Shown here: positions 1 through 13,496 of the stretch, in pieces
Numbering within the stretch: position 1 is the first letter of the stretch
How the letters are laid out: every line of letters begins with the position of its first letter
From: the human T2T-CHM13v2.0 reference genome, Homo sapiens
Assembly (NCBI RefSeq): GCF_009914755.1
Contig: NC_060931.1
Strand: one strand, 5' to 3'
Length of the DNA stretch: 64,000 bases
Made by a program: the position numbers and the translations under genes
The notes under the pieces: generated by a model
Seen by the model: the letters and a program-made list of their open reading frames with translations, nothing else
What the model was told of the DNA's origin: nothing
Databases searched by the model: none

Positions 1-1620
<1,620 letters not shown>

Positions 1621-2540
1621 TATCAGTTTTCTTTCTAGCCGTAGAGACCACATATTAGATGCTATTTTTACCTCCTCTCTCAGAGTCAGGACACAGCGTG
1701 GTTACGAGGACAGACGCTGAAGCCAGAACCCCAGCCCCTCCCCCCGCCAGTTAAGAACTCTGACCACAAAGTAAATCACATCGCTCTGCCTCTGTTTCCT
1801 CCCCCGTAAGATGAGAATCACAACAGACCAATGTGAAAAGATGTCCCAAGGATGAGATGAGTTACATGTAAAGGATTTAGAGCAGTGCCCAAGAGGGAGC
1901 AGAGTACCCTGAATAAACGGCTGCTGCAATCACAGGCAGAAGCCGGGAAGAGGATCCATCCTGGTGGGGATCCACCTTGTCGGTGGATCATCTAATGCCC
2001 CCTCCCTTCCCTAGGAGGATCTGAGACCTGTGCAAAGGAAGTGTGCTGGCTGGACTGTAGGAGGATCCCTCAGAGTGGAATGAGCCTGAGGAGAGGGCAG
2101 GAGCTTCATTTCACACTCACCCCCAACATGAGTGGAGCAAATGAATGCTAACTTCTTCAAGGTCACAGGACACAGCTGAGGAAACATGGGCATTTGGGGT
2201 TTAAGAAGGTATTTTATCTTTCAAATTATTTCATATTAAAGTGGAAAAAAATGAAGATGACATTGCGAAAGTATTGCAATGGTTATATAAGATGTGTAAG
2301 ATACCCAGCACGTTTCCTGCCACTCAGTGATTCCCTCTTTGAGTCTGGATCATATAAACTTTCAGGTAATCCCTGGACCTTGAGCACAGAGTACACTGAT
2401 TTCTGTATGTCCTAATGTGTGAACATAATCAAGTTTCCAGAGGTTGAAGGGGAAGTCCTGGGAGGTGCAGTCCAACCCTGACAACCCTGCTAAGCCTATG
2501 CTCCTGTTGGAAGGCGGCTGGTACACACAGACCTAAAGAG

Positions 2541-2986
2541 GGATTCTGTGCGGGTGTCCTGACATCTCTCATCTGTGATTCCAGCAAGCACATAACTATC
2601 TCCATTTCCTTTTTCCTGAGAATTTATCTTGTAGGTCAAAACAGATCTAGGAACATCATTTTCAGCTACAGCCCCTAAGTGAATTGAGAGGGTCATGTTG
2701 TTGAGGAAAATGCATCAAGTTATGTCTCAGCCAGTATAAGCGGCTAGATACCACCCCAGATAGTATTTGGACTTTTAATATTTTTCTCTGGAAATTAATA
2801 TTTCAGGTTGCTCCAATTTCTTCTATCCAAAACAAGCTGTAAGCAAAGAAGAGAAATCCATATGAAGACCTGAGGTATAAAGATGCACCATTAAATAATT
2901 TACTTGCTCTCTCATCAAGAGTCAAAATGATGGGGAACCCGTAAGAGTCCAGAGAGAGGAAAAGATGATGCTTCCAGCAACGACAT
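2541..2986 (-). pseudogene. Degenerate TRGV relic A (TRGV10/V11-like) with leader, V exon and RSS remnant
   Basis: Leader ATGTCGTTGCTGGAAGCA at 2986 (TRGV10: ATGTCACTGCTGGAAGCA). Acceptor ttgcttacAG precedes 2836. The exon reads CFG*KKLEQPEILISR (TRGV11: LGQLEQPEISISR) and later SVLTYKINSQEKGNGDSY. RSS remnant CACAGAT (2577-2571), 21 bp, ACAGAATCC (2549-2541). Confidence 0.8.
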
Positions 2987-3030
2987 CCTGCTGTGTCCCA
3001 AGGAGAAGGCAGGGAAGTGTGTGCTTGATG

Positions 3031-3458
3031 CCCAGTGGGCTCAATAATCACAGCAGTAAATGACCTCATCTTCATGTTTGTGAAATTTACTTTCAAGGTT
3101 GAAGTGGAAGGATGAGCATCATTGTAAGCCACAACACCTAATGGACCCTGAGCAGGTGCGATTGTCAACACACATCCAATGCCGACTTAGGTTTCAGCTG
3201 ACACCAGTATTTGACTTCATTTTTAGTCTTGGCTGGATATTTTACAAGGTATAAAAGCATCCTTATCTTTTGCCCTGGGTATTTTAAATTTGTGCCAACT
3301 TTAACGCCCTGAGAATAACTGTAAGCAAAGAAAATTAATTCTCATGAACACCTGATATATAAAGATGAAGTGATAAAGAATTTCTTCACCTGATATACAA
3401 AGTGAAATGACTGGAGCAAACCCCAAGGTGAATCCCTACATGCTCCTGGTGCTGACAT
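3031..3458 (-). pseudogene. Degenerate TRGV relic B (TRGV10/V11-like)
   Basis: Acceptor ttgcttacAG precedes 3318. Frameshifted peptides AFIPCKISS, EVKYWCQLKPKSAL, VLTIAPAQ, DAHPSTSTLKVNF and EDEVIYCC match V10/V11 frameworks. Leader-like ATG at 3458 has a V10-like upstream motif. Possible heptamer remnant CACTGGG at 3037-3031. Confidence 0.8.
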
Positions 3459-4711
3459 GCTCTGGTCTGCCAGGCTGTGTTCCCAAGAAGAAGCAGGAAA
3501 GTGAGGATGCCTGTGCCTAGAATGTTTAGTGTGTGGCAAGGGTAGCTTGGTCTGAGCAGGTGTCAGGGAAAGAAGTAGTGGGTCACAGTGATTCCCTGAC
3601 AACCCTTTCTGTAGAGTGCAGCGTTGTCAGATCTGAAATGGCTGGCCCTCTAAATACTCCAGTGCCCAGGAGATCTGGCAATATGGTGATGGTTAGAGGA
3701 GAACTCTTCCTATGAAGGGTGAGGTGTGGGTGAGTGGTGACAGTGGCAATTAACTTCAATTTCTCTCCCCTTCCCTGTTGCCTCCTATTTCGTTTTTCAG
3801 TAGCCCTAGTGATATGAGGATATGTGATATGTGGATATGAGGATACAGTGATATGTATTTTGTACTCAAAGCAAAAATTACTCTTCCTGTGGGTTGAATG
3901 TGGATCTAAAACTCAAGGTTATAAAACACCTGTATTTCTCACTATATAAAATACTGAAAATTTGTGCTGATTTTATAACAAATTTTATAAATGAAAATAA
4001 AAGTACATATACGTGGACAATTGAGTATATTTGTTTAATTAATTGGGAGGATGCCATCTATTTCAGCCCCAGAGAGGCCAAATATCAGTTCAATATTGCT
4101 CTCCAGAAATTAGAGAGGACACTAGACACAACCATCCTATGGAAATGGGATTGGCTTGCACTTGTACCAGACTGTGGAGCTTATATCTTGAACAGTTTGG
4201 CCCTTAGACTCCCACTCCCCACACCATAGTATGTAGGAGGGACCTTCTGAAAAGAGCTTCTGACGCAGTAGGCCTGGGCTGAGGCTTGACTGACTGGATT
4301 TAAAAGAAGCTCCTAAGTGAAGCCGATGCTGCTGGTTCACAAATCAAACTTTGAGTACCAAGGACTTAGAGTATTAGTCTAAATAATTTTATTTTCTAAT
4401 ATGCAATAATAACTCATATGATTAATGTAGTGCTTCAATTTGTTGAGCATTAGGCATGCCCCAAGCACTTGCAAGAACTTTATTTGTATTATTTAAGTTA
4501 CTTTTCTCAACAGTTTATTTGAGTAATCATTATTATGTTCTCCATTTTACAATTAGGAAAATGAATCAAATATATGCTAACTAATTTATCTGAAGTCACA
4601 CAGCTAATATGGGGAGGGTGGATGTGTAACAAAGGGTCATTAAAGAAAAATTGAGAAATTGGGAAACACTAAATATGAATAAATGTCACTCATGAGTCTA
4701 TCACTCTAGGA

Positions 4712-5255
4712 CAGTGACTGAAAATCATTTTCTGTAAAGACCCAAATAATAAATATTTTGGGCTTTGTGGGTCTCTGTTATAGCTACAGTCATCTCTCAG
4801 AATCTTCAGGGGATTTGTTCCAGGATCCCCGACAGATACCAAAATCCATGTATGCTCAAGTCCCTGATATAAAATGGCATAGTACCTGCATATAACAAAT
4901 GCACATCCTCCTCTACACTTCAAATCATCTCTAATTATGTATAATACCTAATACAATGTAAATACTATGTATGTAGTTGCTATATTATATTGTTTTTATT
5001 TGTATTATTTTTATTGCTGTATTGTAATTTTTTATTTTTTTCAAATATTTTTGATCCACTGTTGGTTGAATTCGCAGGTATTTAATGCACAGATAGTGAA
5101 GACTGACTGAATGTACTCTACCATTCAAGTGCAAAAGCAGCTAGCAAAAGCAGCCATAAACAATATATAAATAAATAGGCATGGTTGTATTTCAATAAAA
5201 CTTTATTTACAAAACTGGAGACTGCTGGTCATAGACATAGTTTGCTGACCTTCTG
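4712..5255. mobile_element. MER58-like hAT element interrupted by a MER2-like (Tigger) element at 4787-5109
   Basis: MER58-type halves flank an insert that starts TA|CAGTCATC and ends GACTG. Confidence 0.7.
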
Positions 5256-7248
5256 CTCAATAGTAACCAGTATTAACATGAAGGTTGGTATTTTTGTTTT
5301 TTTTTTTCTGAGAGCTATAGAGTAGTGATATGATTAAGTGGAAAAACATAAAAATAATTTTAAGTGTGCCATATATAGTTATATTTTATGTTGTTATATA
5401 AACAGTTTCATTATTAAATGCATGAATCAATAAAATATTGAAGCCATTATGGCATACATCTTTAAAAGTAGTAGCAGCTTTTTGTTACAATGTGTAAAAT
5501 CTGTGCAAGTACCAAGAAGATGTTAAAATCACCCATCCTTTCAGAGACACCCACTCTTTAAACTTTGGAGAATTTTTTTCCTTTTGCTCGTTCTTCAATA
5601 TATACATGTATGTACATGAGCGCTTACTATTTAAATCAGTTCTGTGTTCAATATCCTCCTGCTAAATACATGGTGAATATTTTCAATTTTACTTATAGTT
5701 CTTCAAAAACACTGCTTAATTGCTACATAGTATTTCATTACTTTAAATTCACACAGATACGGTGTCTCTTTCCTTCCTCTTCCTCACTCTAGTGTGTCTC
5801 TAAGTTTTCTTCCCCATAAATCTCCCAGGAGTCTCTTAAAAAGTCAAAGTGACTGCATCTTCTAAGACCTGACCTTGTGTGGCCACTACAGTCACTCTAC
5901 ACTGCTCTTTTGAGGATTAAATAAAATAATCCATGTAAAATACTTAACACTGACATTGTGAAAAGCTGAATTCCATCTTTTCATTCACCTATTTCTTGAA
6001 AAGTTCATGTTCTCAGGCTCTGTATTTCCTTAACAATCTTCTTCCCTTTGCTTTTATGTATGCATCAGGTGAGAGGTGAGGTCTGTTGAGGACTCACTCA
6101 GGCGCTCAGGTCATTCTCCCTGTGGACCACCATGGTCAGGAATCATGGCGGACAGGATGCGGGACTCCAGATTCTGAGTCTGCACCTGGAAAGGGGCTGA
6201 CCTGCCATGGAGGCTCCTGGTATTCCCTCATTGGGCTTTCAATAGCATTTCTCCTCTTATCCTATCAGGATGGTACAAGCTGATTCTCAGAAGGGAGAAT
6301 GGAGAAAAAATACGTTGCAATTACTTCAAGGACTGTAAGTAGACTGCATGTATGGCAATATGCTGTCAGATATCCATAGTACTAAAGGTATAAACAGGAG
6401 AAAATCTTTGAAACTCCGGATTTTTCATCATTAATTTGTTGTTTGAAAGTTTCAAAGAAGTGAGAGAGGACTTTTACAGTTTTACAGTTTATATTTTGTT
6501 TCATTATTTTTTGAAAGTTCCCAACCACCCAATGATTAATCATGGAATAAACATAAAATAATTGTCAATCATTATTTCTTATTTATTAATTTCTGAGGGG
6601 TATTATTATGGTTATTTCCTTTACCGATGCAGGAAGCATGTATTATCTTTCTTCTTAACTATCTAATCCTATTTTACTCAGGATTTTTAGTTTTCTTTGC
6701 AGAACCCTGAAAGACAAGATCTCCAAAGCATAGCCCCCATCCTGAGATCCCCCACTGTGCCTAGGAGCTGGGTTCCAATGCACAGTGCTTGTTTTGTCCC
6801 AGCACTGAGCCCTGAGTGTGAAGTTAGCTGCATGCTCTTCCTCTAGGACACAGGATTTATACTTTCATCTCTCATATACCCCAAACAGGTGATTGTTTAC
6901 TTACAGATCTACTTACTTGTCCCTAGATTTCTTCAGGATGGCCTCAGGTGCGAATAAAAAGCACACAATTACTATGTTTGACAGATCACTGTAACTTTGA
7001 AAACCTCCAATGCTCATGAACCAAATGGGAAAATAATGATAACAGCAGGGAATATCTATGTAAAATATATACTGCTTCCTACTTTCATTCTGAACCATTC
7101 AGTTACTAGAAATCTCTACGTAGTGAATTACTAGACAGATGAATTTTGCTCTAAGCCACCCACTCTGTATTTTCAGAGTTCCCAGATATCCTAATGTTGT
7201 AGGAAATAGTGTCAAAATGTCCCTAATTTGGATCCTAATTGCTGACAC

Positions 7249-8337
7249 TGATATGGGATTGGGGGAGGGAAGTGCGGGGAAAGGAAGGACGTGGTCCCTG
7301 TCGAGGGCCCCACTCCCAGGCCTGTGCCCACGGACCTAGGTGAGGACAGGCACTCCTGCCTCCACGCCCAAATGTTGCATTTCCCAAGACCACCCTGGCC
7401 CGCCACGCCTCCATCTTGTGCCTATAAAACCCCTGAGACCCTAGTGGGCACACACACAAGTGGCTGGACATCGAGAGGAACACTAATGTGGAAAAGCACA
7501 CCTACAGAGACTGGCGGGCTGCAGGCCATCGACTGGCAGAACAAAGCAGAGTTTGGCGGGGTGGTTGGAGGAAAGCCTGGCCGCTGAGCAGTCAACTCCA
7601 GGGGAAAACCACCTTCCCACTCCATCTCCCGTCTGGCTCCCCCATCTGCTAAGAGCTACTTCCACTCAATAAAACCTTGCACTCGGCCAGGCGCGGTGGC
7701 TCACACCTGTAATCCCAGCACTTTGGGAGGCCGAGGTGGGCAGATCACGAGGTCAGGAGTTCGAGACAATCCTGGCTAACACGGTGAAACCCCGTCTCTA
7801 CTAAAAATACAAAAAATTAGCCAGGCATGGTGGGGGGCGCCTGTAGTCCCAGCTACTCGGGAGACTGCCCAGGAGAATGGCGTGAACCCGGGAGGCGGAG
7901 CTTGCGTGAGCCGAGATTGCGCCACTGCACTCCAGCCCAGGCGACAAAGCGAGACTCCGTCTCAAAACAAAAACAAAAATAAAAAACTTGCACTCATTCT
8001 CCAAGCCCACATGTTATCCAATTCTTTCAGTACACCAAGGCAAGAAACCCAGGGATACAGAAAGCCCTCCGTCCTTGCAATAAGGCAGGGGGTCTAATTG
8101 AGCTGGCTAAAGCAAGTCACCTATGGACAGCCAAACTAAAAGGGCACCTTGTAACACAGGCCCACTGGGGCCTCAGGAGTTATAAGCATTCACCCCTAGA
8201 CACTGCTGTGGGGTCGGAGCCCCACAACCTGCACGTGTGCATGCTCCCCCTAGAGGTTTGAGGAGAGGGGCACCAAGAAGGGAGCCACATCCTTATCGCA
8301 CGCCCTGAGAGGGAACAAGAAAACTTTTCCCGTTTCG
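7249..8337 (+). mobile_element. Solo ERV1 LTR (LTR1/LTR27/MER52-group) containing an AluY
   Basis: Starts TGATATGGG. TATA (CCTATAAAA) at ~7421, AATAAA at ~7668. 4-bp TSD ACAC at 7245-7248 and 8338-8341. Subfamily name is from recall. Confidence 0.8.
7685..7985 (+). mobile_element. AluY inserted in the LTR
   Basis: AluY diagnostics (GAATGGCGTGAACCCGGGAGGCGGAGCTTGC). TSD ~AAA(C/A)CTTGCACTC. Confidence 0.9.
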
Positions 8338-8511
8338 ACACCATGAATCACCAATGTGATTCTGCACACCAAGGGAGCAGAATCTAAGATGTCTTCCTGC
8401 AACATTCCAGAAGAGCTGCAGGGAGGGCAGGCTCCGGCTGGGCACCCAGCTGAGCAAACCGCTGTGGTTGCCCACATGGAGAAGGATGTGGACAGGCACA
8501 GACTCGGAGAT

Positions 8512-8550
8512 AGTTTCTGTGTAGGTTATCTTGACAACTCTAACACTGTG
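8512..8550 (-). other. TRGV11 23-RSS
   Basis: CACAGTG (8550-8544), 23 bp, ACAGAAACT (8520-8512). Confidence 0.95.
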
Positions 8551-9013
8551 GTGCCTAATCCAGCAGGCACAGTGGTACACCACCTCATCTTCTTTCTCTA
8601 AGAACTTTATTTTCAAAGTGGAAGTGGAAGTGTGAGCATTTTTACTTACCTCAAGTTTCTTAGTCTTCCCACCTGAGCAATCTTGAGCAGAGATTGTCAA
8701 GAAGACATGTAATAAATATTCTAAGCCTTTGTTTGGTTTCTGCCAGTACCAGTGTATGATTTTACTGCTAAAGCCTTGGATGGATGCCTTCCAAGATATG
8801 TGGGCACTCTTATTTGCTGGTCTGGAAATAGATATTTCAGGTTGTTCCAACTGCCCAAGTGCAATTGCAAGTGAAGAGAAATTCCCATAAGCCAACGATA
8901 CGTGAAGAGGTAATAATACAGAATGACTTCAATCTCTTCTGTAGACTGAAATGATTAGGGGGCAACTCACAAACCCAGAGGGAGAAGAAGATAACAGCTA
9001 CTACCAGTGGCAT
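8551..9013 (-). CDS. TRGV11: T cell receptor gamma variable 11 (non-functional ORF); leader 9013-8971, V exon 8864-8551
   Basis: Leader MPLVVAVIFFSLWV with GTGAGT donor. V exon LGQLEQPEISISRPANKSAHISWKAS...VYHCACWIRH. Acceptor is AA rather than AG, and Trp replaces the first conserved Cys. Confidence 0.95.
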
Positions 9014-9748
9014 GCTTTCTGCCAGTCTGGTTCCCCAGGGAGAAGGTAACCCTGTTCACTGGAGGTCTCAAGTCAGTGGCAGAAGGCGGGGCTGTTGAGG
9101 TCTCTCAGAAGTACTAGATGAGGTGGTTCCTTAGGGTTCTTCATGAGCTGCTACAGTTATGAGCAGTTCCAGGGTTTCCTGCATCCCATGAGTGCTGGGC
9201 AGATCGGGTAAGTGGGTTAACTATCTGGAAAGAAATACCTAGTATGAATGTGTACCTCTAGGGGTGGGGCAGGGATGTTCTCTTGCCCACTCTCCCATTC
9301 CCCAGCAGTACCATATTGCAGAAATATGGCTTTGAAAATGTGAAGATAAACCTGCAGTGTTCTGTCCCAATGACTATCTTTCTGTAATTAGCTGTTAATT
9401 CAGAACTGCAGTAAGAAACTTGACAAGCATCTAATATCCATTTACAACTTGCTACTTGTCTAGATGTTTTCTTATATTATTTTACTTGATCCTCTCAACA
9501 GTCCTGTGCAGTAAGTTTTATGATTATCTCCATGTGTCAAATGAGGACAACGGCAAACAGAGTTTGAGTGACTCATTCAAAAACACAGAGCTGGTAAACA
9601 TAAGAACTCAGGTGAGTAGCAGTCATCCGTTAAGGAAAATCTGAGTAAAATGAGATATAAAAATTGACAACAAAAGGCACCCATCATTTACTTTTCCTTT
9701 GAATTTTTCTCAACATATTTATGGTTGGAAATAGAATAGCTTGGTATT

Positions 9749-10220
9749 GTTCATTGCAGCACTATTCACGGTAGCAAAGACATGGTATTAACCCAAATGC
9801 CCATCAATGATAGATTGGATAAAGAAATTATGGTACATATATACCATGGAGTACTATGCAGCCATAAAATGGAAGGAGATCATGTCCTTCACAGGAAAAC
9901 GGATGAGCTGAAAGCCATTATCCTCAGCAAACTAATGCAGGAACAGAAAGCCAAACACTGCATGTCCGCATTTATAAGTGGGAGCTTAATGATGAGAACA
10001 CATGGACACAGGGAGAGAAACAACACACACTGGGGCCTATTGGCGGGCAGGGTGTGGGGAGGGATAGCATTAGGAAAAATAGCTAATGCATGCTGGGCTC
10101 AGTACCTAGGTGATGGGTTGATAGGTGCAACAAACCACACAGCACACGTTTACCTATGTAACAAACATGCACATCCTGCACATGTACCTCAGAACTTAAA
10201 AGTTAAAAATTTTTAAAAAA
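9749..10220 (+). mobile_element. 5'-truncated L1 (L1PA/PB 3' end)
   Basis: Typical L1 ORF2-end/3'UTR sequence. ~20-bp TSD GAAATAGAAT(A/G)GCTTGGTAT at 9728-9747 and 10221-10240. Confidence 0.9.
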
Positions 10221-12661
10221 GAAATAGAATGGCTTGGTATTATTTATACATATGATATATGTATATATTTCGGTGGGATTTACATATTTGGCTTTATACT
10301 CTCTTATTTTGGTTACTTTATTATCATGAGCAATACTGCAGGTCTTGAGTCTATGTGCACATTATTTTTAGTGACCGAATACAATTAAACACTCCTATAC
10401 CACTTAACCCTATAGAATGTGGGCTGAGTTATTTAAGCTCTTGGGCCTCAGTTTCTACATGTGTACCTTGCCTACATATATATCTTCTAGAGGTACTAAG
10501 GGGCTTATATTATCGTGTTACACAATGGTAATGCATAAAATACTCAGATATCAGTACCTGGCACAGCATGAGTCCTTAATGACGTTATCGTGTCTTAGTA
10601 TTACTACCAAACAAGAGAAAATTACTTTGTTAAGTATATCTTACAACAAAGCCTTAGTATCTCACTTAAGAAAATATATAAAAATTAGTAAAAGTACATA
10701 GAATAATTTAAATAATTATTCCCTCGGGAATAATTATTCTAAAATTTTGGATAATTTCTTTCTGTTTTTAAAAAATTATTCTATCAACACAGACATTTAT
10801 ATTTTTAAGAGGTTTTGTACACTTCAAGAACTTTTCTTTACATTGTATTGTGAAGATGTTTGAATTTTATTAATAAATGCATACAATATCATTTTCACAG
10901 GCTGCATAGTATTCTGTCATTTGAATGCACTATGAATCTAGTATCTCTTTCTCTGTTTCTCACCATTTAGTCTGATGCCTGAAAGGCTGCAGGAGAGCTC
11001 TGCTCTATGATCTGGACACAGGGATCTGGCAGTGGATACCTCATTGCTGCTCTCTGAGGCTGTTTTGAGTAGTAGATGAGACAACCACGAGAAGAGGGTG
11101 ACACAAGTATTTCCGCAAGCCTGTCTATGCATCCCTGTCTGAAAACAGCTTATCCTCTCAGATTCGCTGTGTTTTTCCTCAGATCTTACTGTCTACTTTA
11201 GCTAATATTAAAGTTAACAAGTAAAGGCCCATATAGGTTCAAGAAACCAAGTGTGGCCCACCCTGAGGGAATATGATGGTCAGGAATTACACAGACAGGA
11301 TGTGGATCACAAAAGGCTGAGTGCATCGGGGTGGGAGGATAAAGGATGACGGATTGTCTGATCCCAGCCCCAGGTCAGCCTTTCCTGGAACCCCCTTTAT
11401 TTCCTTCAGTAGCCTTCCTGGCTCCTTGGAAAAGGGGATGATGAGGATGAATATGTTGTCCTGACCTTGGAAATTATCGAATAAGTAAGACAACACGTGG
11501 CACGAATGCAAGGTGGTATCTATATTTTTCCATGGGGGTGCCTAGTATGTACTGCTATAGGAAAAGTACATGGATTAAAGGTATTCTTCATTTCTTTCTC
11601 AATTATTTTAGAGATGGCATCATAAAATAATCGAATTTGTATCACTTTATATTTTGAAAAAATGGATAATTTATTGGTATTTCACTTATTCAACAAGGAT
11701 TCCTAATTGCTCAAATTCTGGTCACCTGATTCAGTTCAAAATAATAATTGTGCCAGTAAATGTTTTACAGAAGTTGTCAGTATTGTCTTCTCCATGGGAG
11801 TAGGAACAATGTACTTCTCTTTACCCTTCTGTGACTGAGGAGTACAGACTCTGGAGCCAGACTAGCTGGGTCCAATCCTACACTGCCATGAACCAGCTGT
11901 GTGACCTGGATGAGTGGCTAGGACAAATAGATCTCACTTACCTGAGTAAAATGCACTTCTGTTCATAACAGAACAGACCTCAGAGGTTGCCAGAGGTTAA
12001 AGGAGTTAATAAATGCAAAGTATGGCTCATTTAACAGTCCGATGCCTGGGGCTCTTTTCTGATGATATCACACTGTCACACCCCTTAGTGTGAAGTGAGG
12101 AACCATCTTCTTCTCTACAGAAAAAAGACACTTGCTCCACCCCAAAGTCACCTCAAAGAGTCTGTTGTACAACTGTGACTTTTAGATATTCAAGGTGGCC
12201 TCATGATCCAGTTTTAAAAAACAAAAAACATGCACTTCTCAACTTCGACCAGTCATTTTGAACTTGTAAGCTTTAATTTCTTTATTAAAATGGGCAAATA
12301 ATAGTTCTGTTGCAGAGGTGTTGAAATAATTATATATGGGATTCCTATACACAACGATTCTCTCCCTTGGCCTAAGCCGTTTGCAGTTAATAGAATTATC
12401 TGGATGCTGACAGGAATGGGACCTTAGCCTGTGTCCACTCATTCCCAGGCCAAACCTTAATTCATTAGGAAGTAGTGTTCAATGAATATCTGGGAACGTC
12501 ATGATCAGGCATGCTTCCTGCTTAAAGCATTAACCCAAGATGGCTTCCCAGAAAGATCCAGAAGTGCCGCAGAGAAGGCAAGGCTGAGGGTGGGAGCCCA
12601 GCTAGGAGTCCATAGAGTTTGCTCCCATGGGAAGGATGTGGTTGGGCAGAGACCCAACAGA

Positions 12662-12697
12662 GGTTGTTGTGTGGGACAGTGTGGCACTGATGCTGTG
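12662..12697 (-). other. TRGVB degenerate RSS
   Basis: CACAGCA (12697-12691). The best nonamer, ACAACAACC (12670-12662), sits only 20 bp away. Confidence 0.7.
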
Positions 12698-13496
12698 GGT
12701 CCTAAGCAGTGCAGTAGTAAATGGCCTCATCTTCCTTTCCTATGAAGTTTATGGTAAAGACTGAAGTAGACATTTGAAAATTTGTTCTTGCCTCAAGTTT
12801 CTTGTTTTTCTCACCTAAGCAAACTCGAACTGGGGCTTGTTATTGAAGTGATATTTGTCAGATGGCTCATAATTTAGATTCAGTTTCTGCTGGTACCAGT
12901 GTATAACTATATTTACAAAGTCTTCAGTGGACACCACACAAGATACCTAGACACTTTTATCTGTTGCTCTGTTGACAAAAATGTAGTTGACATTTTTTAT
13001 TGCTTTAAATTTAACTTACCAAGTTCAACTGCAAACAAAAAAGAGAAATCCCCATGAACCTGGGACATAGAAAGAGGAAATGATAATGAAACACTTTCAT
13101 CTGGCCAGGTGTGGTGGCTCATGACTGTAATCACAGTACTTTGGGAGGCCAAGGAGGGCAGATCACATGAGGCCAGGAGATCGAGACCAGCCTGACCAAC
13201 ATGGCAAAACCCTGCCTCTACTAAAAATAAAAAAATAAGCTAGGCACAGTGGCGCATGCCTGTAATCTTAGCTACTTTGGAGGCTGAGGCACAAGAGAGA
13301 ATTGCTTGAACCCAGGAGGCAGAGGTTGAAGTGAGCTGAGATCACACCACTGCACTCCAGCCTGGGTGAAAGAACGAGACTGTCTTAAAATAAAAGAAAA
13401 AAAGAATCACTTTCATCTCTCATCTATGTTGAAATAATTGAGGAGCAACTCACCGCTGCAGAGGGAGAAAAATATGAATATTCTCAGCAGGGACAT
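12698..13496 (-). pseudogene. TRGVB: T cell receptor gamma variable B pseudogene; leader 13496-13454, V exon 13028-12698
   Basis: 43-nt leader MSLLRIFIFFSLCS with GTGAGT donor. Exon carries stops and frameshifts (KSV*VSCVVSTEDFVNIVIHWYQQK ... YYCTA*). Lies between V11 and V10. Confidence 0.9.
13103..13405 (+). mobile_element. Alu in the TRGVB leader intron
   Basis: Full Alu with TSD GAA(A/T)CACTTTCATCT. Confidence 0.93.

Noticed and set aside
6750-6790. Isolated CACTGTG/CACAGTG heptamers (also ~25607, ~30438)
   Set aside because: There is no convincing nonamer at 12 or 23 bp, and such heptamers are expected by chance.
8293-8895. 200-aa ORF containing TRGV11
   Set aside because: It starts at an intronic TTG and reads through the RSS into flank and LTR. 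This is germline read-through, not a protein. The same applies to the extended ORFs over V8, V10, VA and V5P.
9782-10216. 144-aa ORF
   Set aside because: It is L1 ORF2-end/3'UTR remnant sequence.
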